A stretch of DNA of 64,000 nt, from the NCBI GenBank assembly GCA_946965045.2, contig OX337229.1, positions 5,518,001 through 5,582,000 on the forward strand, written 5' to 3'. The stretch's first letter is position 1. Every line of letters starts with the position of its first letter. The notes beneath the pieces were generated by a model. That model searched no databases. It saw only the letters and a program-made list of their open reading frames with translations, and was not told where the DNA came from. Positions 33,701-45,305 of the stretch are shown here, in pieces. This DNA is from Epithemia pelagica (Eukaryota; Protista; Bacillariophyta). The position numbers were made by a program, and so were the translations under genes.

Positions 33701-36637
33701 GAAGGAACTGATATGTCTCGCCATATTGGTACAAGAGTAGAGTGTAACTCCGGCGATAGTGGAGACTGGGAACCTGTGACGATTGTCAAGTTTGAAGACG
33801 AGGGGACTTGGACCGTAGTTTGTGATGAAGGTATGGCCTTGACCCGAGTACCCGTTTCGTCTCTTCGTGGCCTCGGAACACCTGAGTCAGAAGCTGAAGA
33901 AGAGGATGTCCCCCTGAGAATGAGTAGTCCCTCTAGCCGTGGATTCCCAGGAGATTCCTTGGCTCGTGCGTTCCCTTTTTTTAGTGCAAGGCCGAGATCC
34001 GAAGACTCACGGGATTCTGAACAGTCGCAAAGGAGTATGACTGCGCTTAAGAGAAGTTGGTCCGCACTGTCCCTGGCTGAGGCATTGTCTCCTTTTGATC
34101 TTAGTCGTTCGGAATCGGACACGGAACGTAGTAGGTCAGATTCTGGGGTTGCGTTGTTCACTTGCAGAATCGGCGATGAACAGCTCGAAGTCGTCCCTGA
34201 CATATCTATTATCGAGTTACCTCCAAAGCTTGAAGTTCGATTCAATGCTTTCGAGAAGTTGCCTGGAATCGAATTTAACAATGCCGCAGAAATGACAATT
34301 GTTGGTGCTCTTCGGGTAATAAACGAACGCCGTCAAGATTGCGTTGATTATCAGCTCACTGGAAAACACAAACTCTTCTTTGGAGTTTCCCTTGTTCATA
34401 ACTCTCTCCAGTCGATGAGTGAGAACCACACCGAAGATCATAGAACATGCGTCACAAAAGAGCCGACCAAGGTTCCAGATTGGGATGCACTAACAGTTAC
34501 TCCTATGAAAGAAGACCCTGTGCGACGGACAAGGCAGTTGAGTGGCCAGTCACGTGTGTCTGATGACATTGACACCATCGCTGATTTGTGCGAAGGTCTA
34601 AATGATGTTTGCGTCCAATGCATGGAAGTGATAGATGTTCTCTCTGCAGCATCGGGATACAATAACTCGTCACGTGACCGACATTCAAAGGGCTCTGCGT
34701 TCGCGAACGACACTCTATCTAAAAAGCTTCTGTCTTATTTGGAAGACCCCCTTGCTGTGGTTGGTGGTGTTCTGCCGGAGTGGTGTATAAAGGCTCCTTC
34801 CTTCGCTCCACGGGTGTTCACGTACGATGCTCGGAAAGCTCTTTTGGACTCATCTGCGTTTGGTGTGTCGAGAAGCACATTCAGGCAACAAGAATCCAAA
34901 ATCAACGTTGGCAAACTACGGCAGAGGATGGCTTCCCTGCGTGGGCGAGCAGTGGAGCTTGTTGGAGAAGCTTTCTCCGGAGGAGCAGAAGATCCAACAG
35001 CGCTCCAACTTCAAGCAGATGAACTTTATGGAATGGAAGAAGCTCTTGCATCGAGAGTCCGAGCGCTTTTTAGAGCAGCAGGATGGCAAGAGCATTCGCT
35101 TGAAGTTGCAAAGGCGGCAGTGCGACGCGGATCTCTGTTAGACGATGCGGCATTGGTCATGAAACAGTATGCAACGGACAAAAGGGTGATCCGAAGGCGT
35201 TTAGAGGTTCGATTTGATGGAGAGTCAGGTTTTGATGCCGCCGCAGGGGATGAAGCTGGGGTTACCCGGGGATTTTACGCTGATGTTGCAGAGGCACTTC
35301 TCTCCTCTGAGACAGTGGCTGGAATTCATTGCTCATCCATGTGCTCCCAGGAACATTCGATATCTGTGTCAAAGGAAAAAAGCCAACCCATGGATATAGA
35401 AGATCTGACTGGCGAGAAATCGAAGTTACCCCTTTGGATTCCTGACATGGACTCATCCTCTCAGGTTGTCATTCCGACGCCCCGCGCTGATGAACGCAGT
35501 GCGCCGGGCCTGTTCCCTCGCCCATTGCCCTCTTACCACCCACAGATGGAGGAGATCACCGAAAAGTTTAGGTTCATGGGTCGGCTTTTTGCCGCCGCGA
35601 TGCGTGATGGATTCATGTTTCCTCTCCCACTGAGCTCTTCGTTCCTAAAGCTTGTTCAGCACTGTGTCGACGAAACTGGTGCAGAGAAGGCAAAAGATGC
35701 AGAGGAAATTGTTTCGACTTCGGCTGACCTCCCACGACCCGGGTTCTTGGGAGGTGAGATCTACGCAGCAGAAGCCTACATTTGCCGGGCGTTGGATAAA
35801 GTCGAAGGGTCCGACCCGCCACTCCCCCGCCCTGAACTCCTAAAGAAATACAGCGATATTGCAAGCGACAAGAACTTTGCCCGGATTGCCTTTGGCAAAA
35901 CATATGATTGCTCATTTGATGAATACTTCCAGGACAAGGTGTTTGTCGATCCTCTCGACCCAGGTCAAGATGAGAATGCCGTGCCTCTTTGTCCCAAGGG
36001 CTCTCAAACCAGTGTAACCGTGTACAATGTCCAGGAATGGGTCCATCTCGCCAAGCGATTTGTCCTCCACGATGGGGTGATTGCCCAGGCCCGGGCCTTT
36101 CGACAGGGGGTGGATGACTTTTTCCCATCGCGATATCTTCTTCTCTTTACTCCAGAAGAGTTGCAGCATGATGTTTGTGGTGTTGGCGACAATGTGGAAG
36201 AATGGGATGAAAGTGCGGTTCGTAAAATATTCAAGCTGGATGGTGGCAAGGGTGCAGCCGAAGCGTTGGTGGCCGTCGCTGCCATGGGCGGAGAAGGTGG
36301 TGCGGCATTAAGTCGACGATTTGGTCCTTCTTCCCCCACTATTTCCTATCTGGTCAAGGCGTTGCTGGAAGCAACGCCGCAGCAGCGAAGGCAGTTTCTG
36401 AGCTTTGTGACCAGTGTCCCCATTGTGACTCCGGGTCGCATTGAAGTGGTTCCCATTGTGTCACCCTCGGGCGATTTTCTCCCTCTTCGTGATCCAGGCT
36501 GTTTACCTCGTGCGAATACATGTGCACGACGATTGTATCTCCCCAAGTTTGAGGATTATGACTCCTTTTCCAAAGTACTGTGGGCGGTCGTACGAGAAGA
36601 GTCCAAATTTAAGGGCTTTTTTGAATGGCGAGGCTGA
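27774..36637 (+). CDS. HECT-type E3 ubiquitin ligase (UPL3/TRIP12-like C-terminus), 4 exons, 2777 aa
   Basis: Exons 27774-27900, 28285-29863, 29937-33323, 33397-36637 (8334 nt in frame). RanBP2-type finger WTCEAC...N...CTIC, SPRY-like region, ZZ finger FRCDLC...CRECDWDACEDC, HECT with GVTRGFY, FMGRL and catalytic LPRANTC. Confidence 0.9.
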
Positions 36638-36910
36638 GAGTACTGGCCATGTGTGTTCTGTTACTGCTGCTGCTTATAGTTTTGTACACGAAAGCACCTG
36701 ATCATAGAACACTTGATTATAGCAATAGAACAAACTCTGTAGCCATGTGGATCTTTTCAGTGTCGGTGCCACATCCTACCCATACTGTCCTAGAATCAAA
36801 ACGTGTGTATGCAAAAGAGGAGCAACAAGAAACTTTTGGAAAAACCTACTACTAGCATTATGGACAGTTTACAAGAAGGGACCTTACAGGACGACCATGA
36901 TTTGATTGCG

Positions 36911-37801
36911 CTATTCCTTGTTCTCGTTGGTCTGCTTGTCATTCTTGTCCTTCTTCTCGGGAGGATACCAGGCCGACAAGAGTGCCGTCCAAGCAATGGA
37001 TGTCAAGAGGACGACATTGAGTCGATGTCGGACGGGCACAAATCGAAAATTGAGGAGTTGGACGGGAATCCAAAAGACCCATTGCGCCTTTTGCGTTTCC
37101 CACAACACGTCTTGGATGCGTTGAACAATTTGGGTCGGCGTCAGTCCTTGCATGGCTCCCATGGCACCATGATACATGGAATTGGAGACCCAACTCCAAT
37201 AGACAAATTGTTCCATAAAGGCTTTGAAAATGGGAACACTGAGTCCACCGGTAATACCCGATCGGACCGTCAACCATTCCAAAAAGTTGTAATGCAAATG
37301 TGCCGTGGGAGCATGCAGGGCAAAGCCAAAAATCACGGCACGTCCCGTACGGGGCCAATCGTAGTCGTCCCACAGTTGAGAAGAACTTTGTGGTTCGTCG
37401 TCGTTCGTCTTGGTGGTGTTGACAAGACGGACGGCATGGGGCATGACTTGTGCCACCACATCGCCCAATCCCCACAAAAAGGCACCCGTCACCATTTTGG
37501 TAAAGACGGGTCGAGCACTCAACTGTTCTTCGTACCATTCCATAAAGGACTTTTTGCTTTCCTGATTGTTGCTGGCCTTGGTCGAAAAGGGCAGTTTGGT
37601 ATTGGGAGGACGTCGACTCCATGTGGATGGATGATAGGGATGCAGTTGTTGAAAGAACGGCGGTCTCGACAAGGGACGAGCCACAGTCGACTGGTTCCCC
37701 AGGATGAGTGGTGCCGCTGCCGTTCTACTAGATCCAAGAACCATTCGTTGAGACATCATTGTAGAACTCAAAGAGGGACGACCAAGTGTATGCGCCAACA
37801 T
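36911..37801 (-). CDS. Mpv17/PMP22 family membrane protein (296 aa)
   Basis: PVFTKMVTGAFLWGLGDVVAQ, YDWPRTGR, W-P-QLLNFRFVP motifs; N-terminal transit-like extension. Confidence 0.9.
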   Translation of the reverse strand: MLAHTLGRPSLSSTMMSQRMVLGSSRTAAAPLILGNQSTVARPLSRPPFFQQLHPYHPSTWSRRPPNTKLPFSTKASNNQESKKSFMEWYEEQLSARPVFTKMVTGAFLWGLGDVVAQVMPHAVRLVNTTKTNDDEPQSSSQLWDDYDWPRTGRAVIFGFALHAPTAHLHYNFLEWLTVRSGITGGLSVPIFKAFMEQFVYWSWVSNSMYHGAMGAMQGLTPTQIVQRIQDVLWETQKAQWVFWIPVQLLNFRFVPVRHRLNVVLLTSIAWTALLSAWYPPEKKDKNDKQTNENKE

Positions 37802-38446
37802 GATTTTGATGACGCTGTTTCGTCTCGATCAACACCAACAAGGAGAATCGATCCAAGAAACTGGGTGCGCGCTATTCCTTCTCGTTGACTGACAGACTGC
37901 CGACTTGCTTGCCACTTCTCGTCAATGACAATCCAGATAAAAGACCTTCCCTCTTCTTGTCTTGGATCTCTACAAAAGACTGTCTTTGGTTTTCGACAAA
38001 GCGAAGGCCTTTTGGATGCGGGTGGGTGTCGTCGTCTCTCTAGACCCACCGTCGTTTTTGTTCTTTGGTGTGTCACGCAGGTTGTTGGCACTTTGGAAGA
38101 ACACATGCGACAGCACTGTGACAGACAATTCAACCAATGCTTGGATGGTGGTGGCGGTCGCGGCTCTTTGCTATGGTAACTATGTGCGATAGCTATGTAG
38201 AGTCCCCCTCCAAGGCAGTGGCGTGGATCTAGGTAGGCGTGGTGTGAACAAAACGACACGAGATGAATGCAACATCTGGCTAGTTTTGGAGGAACACTTC
38301 TATCGCTAGGAAGTTAAATCAAAGGCCTCCAGCCAAAAACAGATATGATCAAAGGACGCGAAACAAGACATGAAGTGTTCCAATCAACGCTAAGCCTTTT
38401 TCAACATCTCTCAGTGCCGTGATGTTGGTTCCATTTCAGTCTATTC

Positions 38447-39154
38447 TTATTGTTTCTCCATGACAACGGCAGGAGTACATCGATTATCATCACAGTTTGC
38501 GGCCGCGGCCTGTTTGGCACCCTCCAATTCTTTTTTGGCCTCGTAGGCTTCCACCAAGGCGTTCACTGTACTTCCCCTTGTCAACAAGGTACGATACTTG
38601 GCAAAAATATCGTACAAGATATTGGCCAGTTGTTGAAAGCCGGGAACACGAGTGATTTGAAACAACCAACCCAATTGGACTTGTTGGTAGGCCTTTTCAA
38701 AGACGGGGACTCCCACCATGATGTCACCGGCTGGTGTTACGGCATGCATACTCGACATGCCCACAGCATAGGAAATGCCTCCATTGCGGGGATCCGATTC
38801 GTCGTACAAACCTCCTTCCAAATCAGTAAAGCGCAATTTCGGTTGACCATTCAATCGGACATCTCGTTGACGCAAAAAGTCAATCTCCAACTTGCAAACG
38901 TTGCATTTGGAATCGTAAATGACATTGAGCTCTTCTGGAAACAAACGACTTGTTTCATCCTGCTTCGTGGATGGTTCGATCTTCTGGGACGTGGAGCTCA
39001 TTTGCATAGAACTGGTGGTATAAATGGGCAACGGACGAGACCCTAGCACCCGGCGATTGGATGTTCGCGCAACGAGTCCAAAGGCACTTGTGGTATTCGA
39101 ATGACTGGATCCTCCCAGAAAGGTCAACACGTACACAGCATTCAGTCTCTTCAT
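38447..39154 (-). CDS. DCC-family (DUF393) thiol-disulfide oxidoreductase, probably plastid-targeted
   Basis: VIYDSKCNVC (DxxCxxC), SMH..., GVPVF...Y motifs. Presequence MKRLNAVYVLTFLGG...TSA|FG is ASAFAP-like. An alternative start lies at 39208. Confidence 0.85.
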   Translation of the reverse strand: MKRLNAVYVLTFLGGSSHSNTTSAFGLVARTSNRRVLGSRPLPIYTTSSMQMSSTSQKIEPSTKQDETSRLFPEELNVIYDSKCNVCKLEIDFLRQRDVRLNGQPKLRFTDLEGGLYDESDPRNGGISYAVGMSSMHAVTPAGDIMVGVPVFEKAYQQVQLGWLFQITRVPGFQQLANILYDIFAKYRTLLTRGSTVNALVEAYEAKKELEGAKQAAAANCDDNRCTPAVVMEKQ

Positions 39155-39472
39155 TGCCCCAACAACCCTTGTGATGTGGGCAAAGGACAACAAGAATTGA
39201 GACGACACACTAGGTAGTCTTTCAATGAATCAACGTGATGCGTTCGCCATGGTAAACGAAATTTGTGTCTGACTCATCTTCGTCCGCCATTCATCCGCGA
39301 TACACGAGCGACTAAAAGCGACTGAAAGCATCTCCGGAGTCCTGAGTCCTGAGGTGCGGGAATGTTTTAGGCCACTCATCTCGAACAAAAGTACTCCTAG
39401 GAGTAGGAGTATGACATGTATTCTTTAGCGTTTGAATAAAGTTACATAAAGAAGAGGGAATCTCCTCTCCAC

Positions 39473-42400
39473 TTATACGACGAGACGTCGACTGGACGAT
39501 CCGCTGCGGCGGTCTCTACTCGATGGGCGCCGGGGAACCGGATCGTCGCCGTGGAAGGGTGGAGGGGGTGGTGGTTCCGGGCTGTAGGCTCGTTCCCGGT
39601 GACTGATGGGAGGAGGTGGGGGATCCGGACTGTCGGGACACTCATCGGGGCTCGTTGTAGAACGCGATTGCCGCCGAGATTGGGGCTCTTCACTGGCGGG
39701 AAGAGACGGGTTAAAGAATTGGTTTTCGGCCTTGGACAGCTCGGACAAGAAACTGTTCCATACACTCGTGGATGAGGTCGTATTCTTGGCAGAGTTTTCG
39801 CTTGCTACCGAATGACGATCGGGAGAATCGGACGACGATCGGCGATCGAGCGACTCTGCGGAGGGCTCTCGCTGGACCCGATCCCTCCTCCCGGATATGT
39901 TTGGCATGGCCAGCCGAGAAGGAGGATTGCGCCGGTATTCGGGTTCCTTGTCATCGGGTTCCGTTTCACTGGCACTGGCTGTGGCATCGGATTCATACTG
40001 TGGAAGGAGTCGATCCATTTGTCGACTGCGTCGCGAAAAGAGACCTGCCCGGCTTTGATAGGCTGGGGCGGATCCCACATGCACCGTGGCCCCGCGCGGC
40101 GAGTTTGTCGAGTCCGCTTCTTCGTACATGAGATCTCGTCCTCGGGATTCGGTAGACGTGATACTTTTGGTTGGAGATGAGCTGCGTTCCATCATCTCGT
40201 CAGCTGGTGAGTAGCTACGTCTGGTAAGCATTGGGGCTGGTTGGCGACGGACTCCACGAGAAGCCAGGTAATGTGCCCCTGGTCCCGAAGCGGATTTTTG
40301 AGATCCGTCATCCGACTTAATGGACATGACACTACCACCGCCGGGGGGAGACAGTGGAACAAAGCGCTTTTGTTGTATCTTGTCCGATTTCTGTGACTTG
40401 ACACTGTTTCCGCCTCCCGGAGAAATGGTGTGGGCAACCGTGCTTCCTTCCAGATACAAGGAGCTGTCGACGGAAAGGAGGTCTGACGGTGACGCCGCTG
40501 TATTGACGGAAGGAGATGCCACGTATCTCCCCGAGGGGGTCCGTGTGTAGTAGAATTTCTCCATGGAGGGTGAGGCAGGCGGTGTTGCCATCTGTGAAGC
40601 AGGAGGGTTGTTCTTTCGTGCGTTTCCTCGTGAATTCGAGCGGATAATTCCCGGTTCCTCTTCATCGTCCGGCATGTCCGCAGAAGGTGGAGTTGCATTC
40701 GAGCCAGGAGACTCTAGGATTGCCGAGATGCCACTTTCGGGAACAATTTTGGATTCATCAATGCCACTGGTTTCGGATCTGCGATCGAAACTGGGAGTAC
40801 TGGTTTGGGTTTGGCGATCGAAACTGGGCGTATTGGTTTCGGTTGTGCGATGAACACTGGGAGTACTGGTTTCGGTTGTGCGATCAAAACTCGGAGTACT
40901 GGCTTTTGTTTTGCGATCAAAACTGGGAGTACTACTTTCGTCCTTCTTGTTCGATGAAAAGAGGGCCGCACGCAACGACATGACTTCGGCAAACCATCGA
41001 CTGTGATTATCCGGGGCCGCCGCCGGTGGTGGGGCCGAATTGGCAACCGGTGCCGGAGACGACTCTGCCTGTTGTGGCAAGGAAGGTAGAAACTGCACGG
41101 CGGGAACCTCATCGTTGGTCGTCGTGGTCATGCTGGTGGAGGGTGGCGACACGGGTGGTGTACTTTGGACAAAGGAACTTTCGCAATAGGTTTCCCCTTG
41201 TGTGTATCCTTGTTCCATGGCTTCCAGGCTAATTTCGAACCCCGATTCCTCGGCATCCGAACCATTGTCAAAACTGCCGTCCATTTCTTCATGTTCCGAC
41301 TCAGAAATGGACCCCAGTGTGACATTTCCTCCATTGCGTCGACGTGACGCCCGTCGCCGATTCTTGCGTTGACTCTTTTTGGACGACGACGACGACGACA
41401 AGACTTGTGCCGCCGCCAGTGCTTCGGGTTGGGCATTCAAATCATTCAAGGTTTCTTCTTCCTCCAGTCGCATTTCTTCTTCATAAATTTTCTTGTTGGA
41501 CAACCAATTCTTTTTGACTTCCAATTCTCGTTTGTGCGCGCGTTCCTGTTCTTGCTTTTCACCCACCCGTTTTCTCCGCACCATGTAAAAGGCTCCCAAC
41601 ACGGCACAAAACAAGACGGCTGCCGCAACTCCCAGTGCTACCGCCAAGAGGCCCAAGGAATCACTGGAACTGGAAGTGGACCCGGAATCGGCCCCCAGTC
41701 CCGACGCGGACGACGACGAGTCGGGCGATGTGGAAGGGGCACTCGTGGGTACCAACGACGACGACGGTGACGATACAGGAGCCGTGGGTGGACGAGAAGG
41801 AGCCACCGTGGGAGGCAGGGTTGCCACGGGAGGATTGGATGGCATGGCGGTGATTGTGGGTGACCCGGTTGTGGGAGTTGCCGAAGGCGACCGAGAGGGT
41901 ACCGCCGAAGGCTCAAGGGAGGGCCTGGTCGTTGGGAGCGACGACGGTTGTGACGAGGGGGCTCGGGTTTGGCCATCCCCGACTTGCAAGGTGGTGACAC
42001 TTCCAGTTTCGGTTACATAGACGACATAGGCTCCATTGGGCGACACGGCAAAATCGGCCAAGACAGAGGCCGGGTCGGAGTTCGGGTCGGAGGTTCCACC
42101 ACATTGAGACTGAGTCGTAGTCACCATGGCATCAAGGGAGAGGACCGTTGGATCCAGTAGTCCTTGACAATTGGCGGCATAGGCCAGAGTGGGAGTCCTG
42201 GGGGAATCAAAATCGACCAAGACTTGTCGCAAAATTCCGGCTTCCGTGACATGGTAGACAATCCATTGTTCCTTGTCAGGGTCGGGAATGACAATGGGAG
42301 CGGCCGCATGACTGGATCCCGTGTCAATGGTCCAGGCAGCTCCATTGCCATCACTGCCCGACAAGTCATAGGCCAATAAATTACTCTCCAAATCCGGCAC

Positions 42401-43459
42401 CAACACGAGTGTTTCTCCCAACAAGACGGGTCGTGTCTCGACGGGACCATTTTGTCGGGAAATGCGCGCATCAATCGTTGCTCCAATATCGACATTGCTA
42501 CTGACCGACGCTTGTTGCAACAAACTGGCAATACTGGCGTCTTGCACCCAGGCGCGCAAAAAGTATCGATTGGTTCCCAACACAAGGGTGGTGCCAGTGT
42601 CCGAGACGGCGGGTGCATGGGCCGTGGAACCGCCAATATTTTCCGACAATCGATGCCAGAGGGCTTGTTCCGTGAAGGGATTGAACCGAACGGCATAGAC
42701 ATCGCCTTGATTGGACGATCCATTATCGACCGCTTCTCCCAAGACGATCCAATCAACGACGGTATCATCGTCCAAGGTCACGCGAGTCCGACTCGGAGGC
42801 GACAAGACCCGAGCATTAATGGGAATGGTATCATCGGGCAGAGAAATAACTTGCCTACCTCGACTTCCCGTACTGCCGGTGGTGCTCCGGAGATCCCAAA
42901 TGGACAATTGTCCCATCATTTGTCCACCACCATTGGTCGGCAAAATATCATGCGAGACAAAGAGATGTCCTTCGGGATTCATGACTGGTGTCCCTCGCAC
43001 AATGCCAGACAAGGGTATTCTTTGAATGACCGTCGGTGCATCTCGCGTGGCATCATAGGTGGTGGGTACCATGACAATTTCACTGTCAATCGAGGTGGAG
43101 GAAGCCTCGACAAGGGTATACACGACATGGTCATCGTACAAGAGGGGACTCCCCACACAGGTACGGAGGACTCCTCCCGCACTGTCGTCACGGGATGGAT
43201 CGTACAAGACGGTCCATTCCGTGACACGTTCGTCGTGGTGGAGGGGTACTACCAACAGTTTGCCTCTTAAGGTGGTGATATAGGCAAAGCTATCATCCAG
43301 TACCACACCATTGCCTTGGGTAATTCGATCATTGTCAAAACTGGAGGGTGCCGACACTTGGGAGTGAACGACCGGTTCGGCCAAAAGAGTTGACGATTGG
43401 ACGCGGGGACACTGAGACACCCACAACAACAACAAACACACAGGCAAGAGCGCTCTCAT
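39473..43459 (-). CDS. Type I cell-surface protein: signal peptide, beta-propeller-like ectodomain, Pro/Ser/Thr stalk, TM, long disordered tail
   Basis: MRALLPVCLLLLWVSQ signal; repeated beta-rich blades; PSSQPSSLPTTRPSLEPS stalk; TM LGLLAVALGVAAAVLFCAVLGAFYMV followed by RRKR. Confidence 0.8.
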   Translation of the reverse strand: MRALLPVCLLLLWVSQCPRVQSSTLLAEPVVHSQVSAPSSFDNDRITQGNGVVLDDSFAYITTLRGKLLVVPLHHDERVTEWTVLYDPSRDDSAGGVLRTCVGSPLLYDDHVVYTLVEASSTSIDSEIVMVPTTYDATRDAPTVIQRIPLSGIVRGTPVMNPEGHLFVSHDILPTNGGGQMMGQLSIWDLRSTTGSTGSRGRQVISLPDDTIPINARVLSPPSRTRVTLDDDTVVDWIVLGEAVDNGSSNQGDVYAVRFNPFTEQALWHRLSENIGGSTAHAPAVSDTGTTLVLGTNRYFLRAWVQDASIASLLQQASVSSNVDIGATIDARISRQNGPVETRPVLLGETLVLVPDLESNLLAYDLSGSDGNGAAWTIDTGSSHAAAPIVIPDPDKEQWIVYHVTEAGILRQVLVDFDSPRTPTLAYAANCQGLLDPTVLSLDAMVTTTQSQCGGTSDPNSDPASVLADFAVSPNGAYVVYVTETGSVTTLQVGDGQTRAPSSQPSSLPTTRPSLEPSAVPSRSPSATPTTGSPTITAMPSNPPVATLPPTVAPSRPPTAPVSSPSSSLVPTSAPSTSPDSSSSASGLGADSGSTSSSSDSLGLLAVALGVAAAVLFCAVLGAFYMVRRKRVGEKQEQERAHKRELEVKKNWLSNKKIYEEEMRLEEEETLNDLNAQPEALAAAQVLSSSSSSKKSQRKNRRRASRRRNGGNVTLGSISESEHEEMDGSFDNGSDAEESGFEISLEAMEQGYTQGETYCESSFVQSTPPVSPPSTSMTTTTNDEVPAVQFLPSLPQQAESSPAPVANSAPPPAAAPDNHSRWFAEVMSLRAALFSSNKKDESSTPSFDRKTKASTPSFDRTTETSTPSVHRTTETNTPSFDRQTQTSTPSFDRRSETSGIDESKIVPESGISAILESPGSNATPPSADMPDDEEEPGIIRSNSRGNARKNNPPASQMATPPASPSMEKFYYTRTPSGRYVASPSVNTAASPSDLLSVDSSLYLEGSTVAHTISPGGGNSVKSQKSDKIQQKRFVPLSPPGGGSVMSIKSDDGSQKSASGPGAHYLASRGVRRQPAPMLTRRSYSPADEMMERSSSPTKSITSTESRGRDLMYEEADSTNSPRGATVHVGSAPAYQSRAGLFSRRSRQMDRLLPQYESDATASASETEPDDKEPEYRRNPPSRLAMPNISGRRDRVQREPSAESLDRRSSSDSPDRHSVASENSAKNTTSSTSVWNSFLSELSKAENQFFNPSLPASEEPQSRRQSRSTTSPDECPDSPDPPPPPISHRERAYSPEPPPPPPFHGDDPVPRRPSSRDRRSGSSSRRLVV
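40767..40931 (-). repeat. Coding minisatellite, 33-bp (11-aa, STPSFDRxTxT) unit x5
   Basis: Units of the form CTGGTTTCGGTTGTGCGATCRAAACTGGGAGTA start at 40767, 40800, 40833, 40866 and 40899. Confidence 0.9.
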
Positions 43460-43982
43460 GGTACTTCTTCTTCCTTGTCGTCGTGGTGATGATGGTGGTG
43501 GTGCTACTGTTTGGTTCGGAGTGGATGCCCTCGAGCGCAAAGCTTTGGTCAAGAGGCCACTCAGGAATGTCGTTGACCCAAAGTGGAACAAAACGAGGAC
43601 CACAAACACTCTTGTTGAAGCAAGAGATGGATCAACGAACTACAGGTAGGAGAGAGCTCGGTGTCTCTCTTCTTGTGTGTTTCTGGCTCGTTTATCCTGT
43701 AGTGTTTTGTTCGAAAGAGGGTGTCTTGTTTGGCCAATGGCATCTACAATCTACACGGCTTGCCTCGGGAGTTCCTATTCTTGTGTAAGTGTCGATGATT
43801 CTCTCTCACACGTTTGTTGTTGTTGTCATGTAACAACAGTGGAGTGAACTCCCGTTTCTCTCTCTGTTATTCAACGGATGAATCAGTACACAACAAGTCC
43901 AGTCTGAGTCCAATGAATTCCATAATGGCATAGGACCAAATACATTTTGATAACAATACTTAGACAGGATCAATATTTGAGA

Positions 43983-45305
43983 CTATAGCCCCATCAGGTT
44001 TTTGGGACTGGCGGGCGCCAAGTGGCACGAATACGGCCACCCTGCTCGCGGTACACCGCTTTTATTTTTATCGAGGATAGGAGTTTGTGTACAATACCAG
44101 TCGCGGGGAATGTCATCCGGAACCAGCCAAAAGCGCGTGCCGATCATTCCCACCATCCTCATCTTTTCAATCGTTCCACGAGTTCTCTCTCCGACACACA
44201 ACTCAAACTGCGCATCCAGTAAAAGTACGTATTTCCAGATCCTCCATCATCATGGCATGAATCGCAAACGACACCACCGTCATGACACGCCTTGTCGTGC
44301 ACGGCCATGATGCCTCGGTGTCTCTAAAATAATTGAGTGGATCTGGTCTTGAGTTTGTCGACAAGAGAGCATGTGAGCCTTCGATTCGGGCCAATGAAAC
44401 GTGCCACTTGGTCTTTGGTCGAAAGAAAAAGTGGTAATCGATCCAGATCCGGAAGCATTTACGTTTGTGGAATGTGGTTTCGATAACTATAACAGTTCGT
44501 GGTCTTTGAGGATGACATCCACAAGGTCTCCCATTGCTGGTACAGCTGCCACTCACCAAGGGGGTGAGCCTCTGGGAGTTGGATCGTGCACGAAACAAAA
44601 AAGATGTAGAGCGTACTGCGGGTCGTTCTTGCCATGATGAAATCTTTGTAGTTTCGGTGGAGAGGGAAGAACATGAGTACCTCGGTATCCGGCAACCAAC
44701 CAATGCTCTGCTTGAGCACCGCTTTGTCTCCTCCCGGGACATGGAAGAAAGCGTTCTTGGCAGCTTGGAGACACTCACCCTGTGGGGACGGTTTCCCTCC
44801 TCCTGGAATGTTGACAAACGGCCATCGAACCGCAAGTTGACTGCGCATGACAAGAGCAAAAGCAGTCATTCACAATTCTACCCCTTAGCGCCGGCGTCCA
44901 GCGTCATGAAAATTTGCAGGGTCCAGCAATGGAAGAAGGTACCGTTTGGCAAAATTGCGGGCTCGTACTGCGAGAAGAGATGCTGACGGATGACCAAGCA
45001 ACCTTCCTCTTCCAAACAATCTCTGCTTCTCTGCGTCCACAGCACTTTTGGTAGAGTTGTTGGAGCAAGAAGAGACGCGCCATTTGCATTTGGGACTTGT
45101 CTCGCAGCACGTTGGAAACCCAGCGCCACTCAGCCACAACGGGCGCTGAAAACTCGAACGTCGTTTCTTGGACGAACATGAAAAGTTGCTCCTGGAGCTC
45201 CTTCACGATCGTTGCCTTGTGCATCGCTTCCTCAAGTAATGTAGCCGCAAAGCTTTCAATCTCGGCCAGCCGCGCTCTGGCAGCATCGCGTTCAGTGGTG
45301 TCCAT
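43983..45305 (-). pseudogene. Decayed ORF of unknown (possibly TE-derived) protein
   Basis: Track ORFs 45139-44885 and 44869-44459 and the stretch from 44458 onward share one frame broken by scattered TAA/TGA/TAG stops. Frame shifts are needed at both ends. No family recognised. Confidence 0.35.

Noticed and set aside
36803-37888. 361-aa plus-strand ORF
   Set aside because: Antisense shadow of the clearly recognisable Mpv17/PMP22 gene, with no motifs of its own.
42452-43270. 272-aa plus-strand ORF (also 41638-42768 overlapping frames)
   Set aside because: Antisense or alternate-frame shadows of the 39473-43459 surface protein.
44250-44270. CxxCH haem-binding motif (CDSCH) on the minus strand
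   Set aside because: It lies in a stop-interrupted frame, and a single 5-residue motif is expected by chance.
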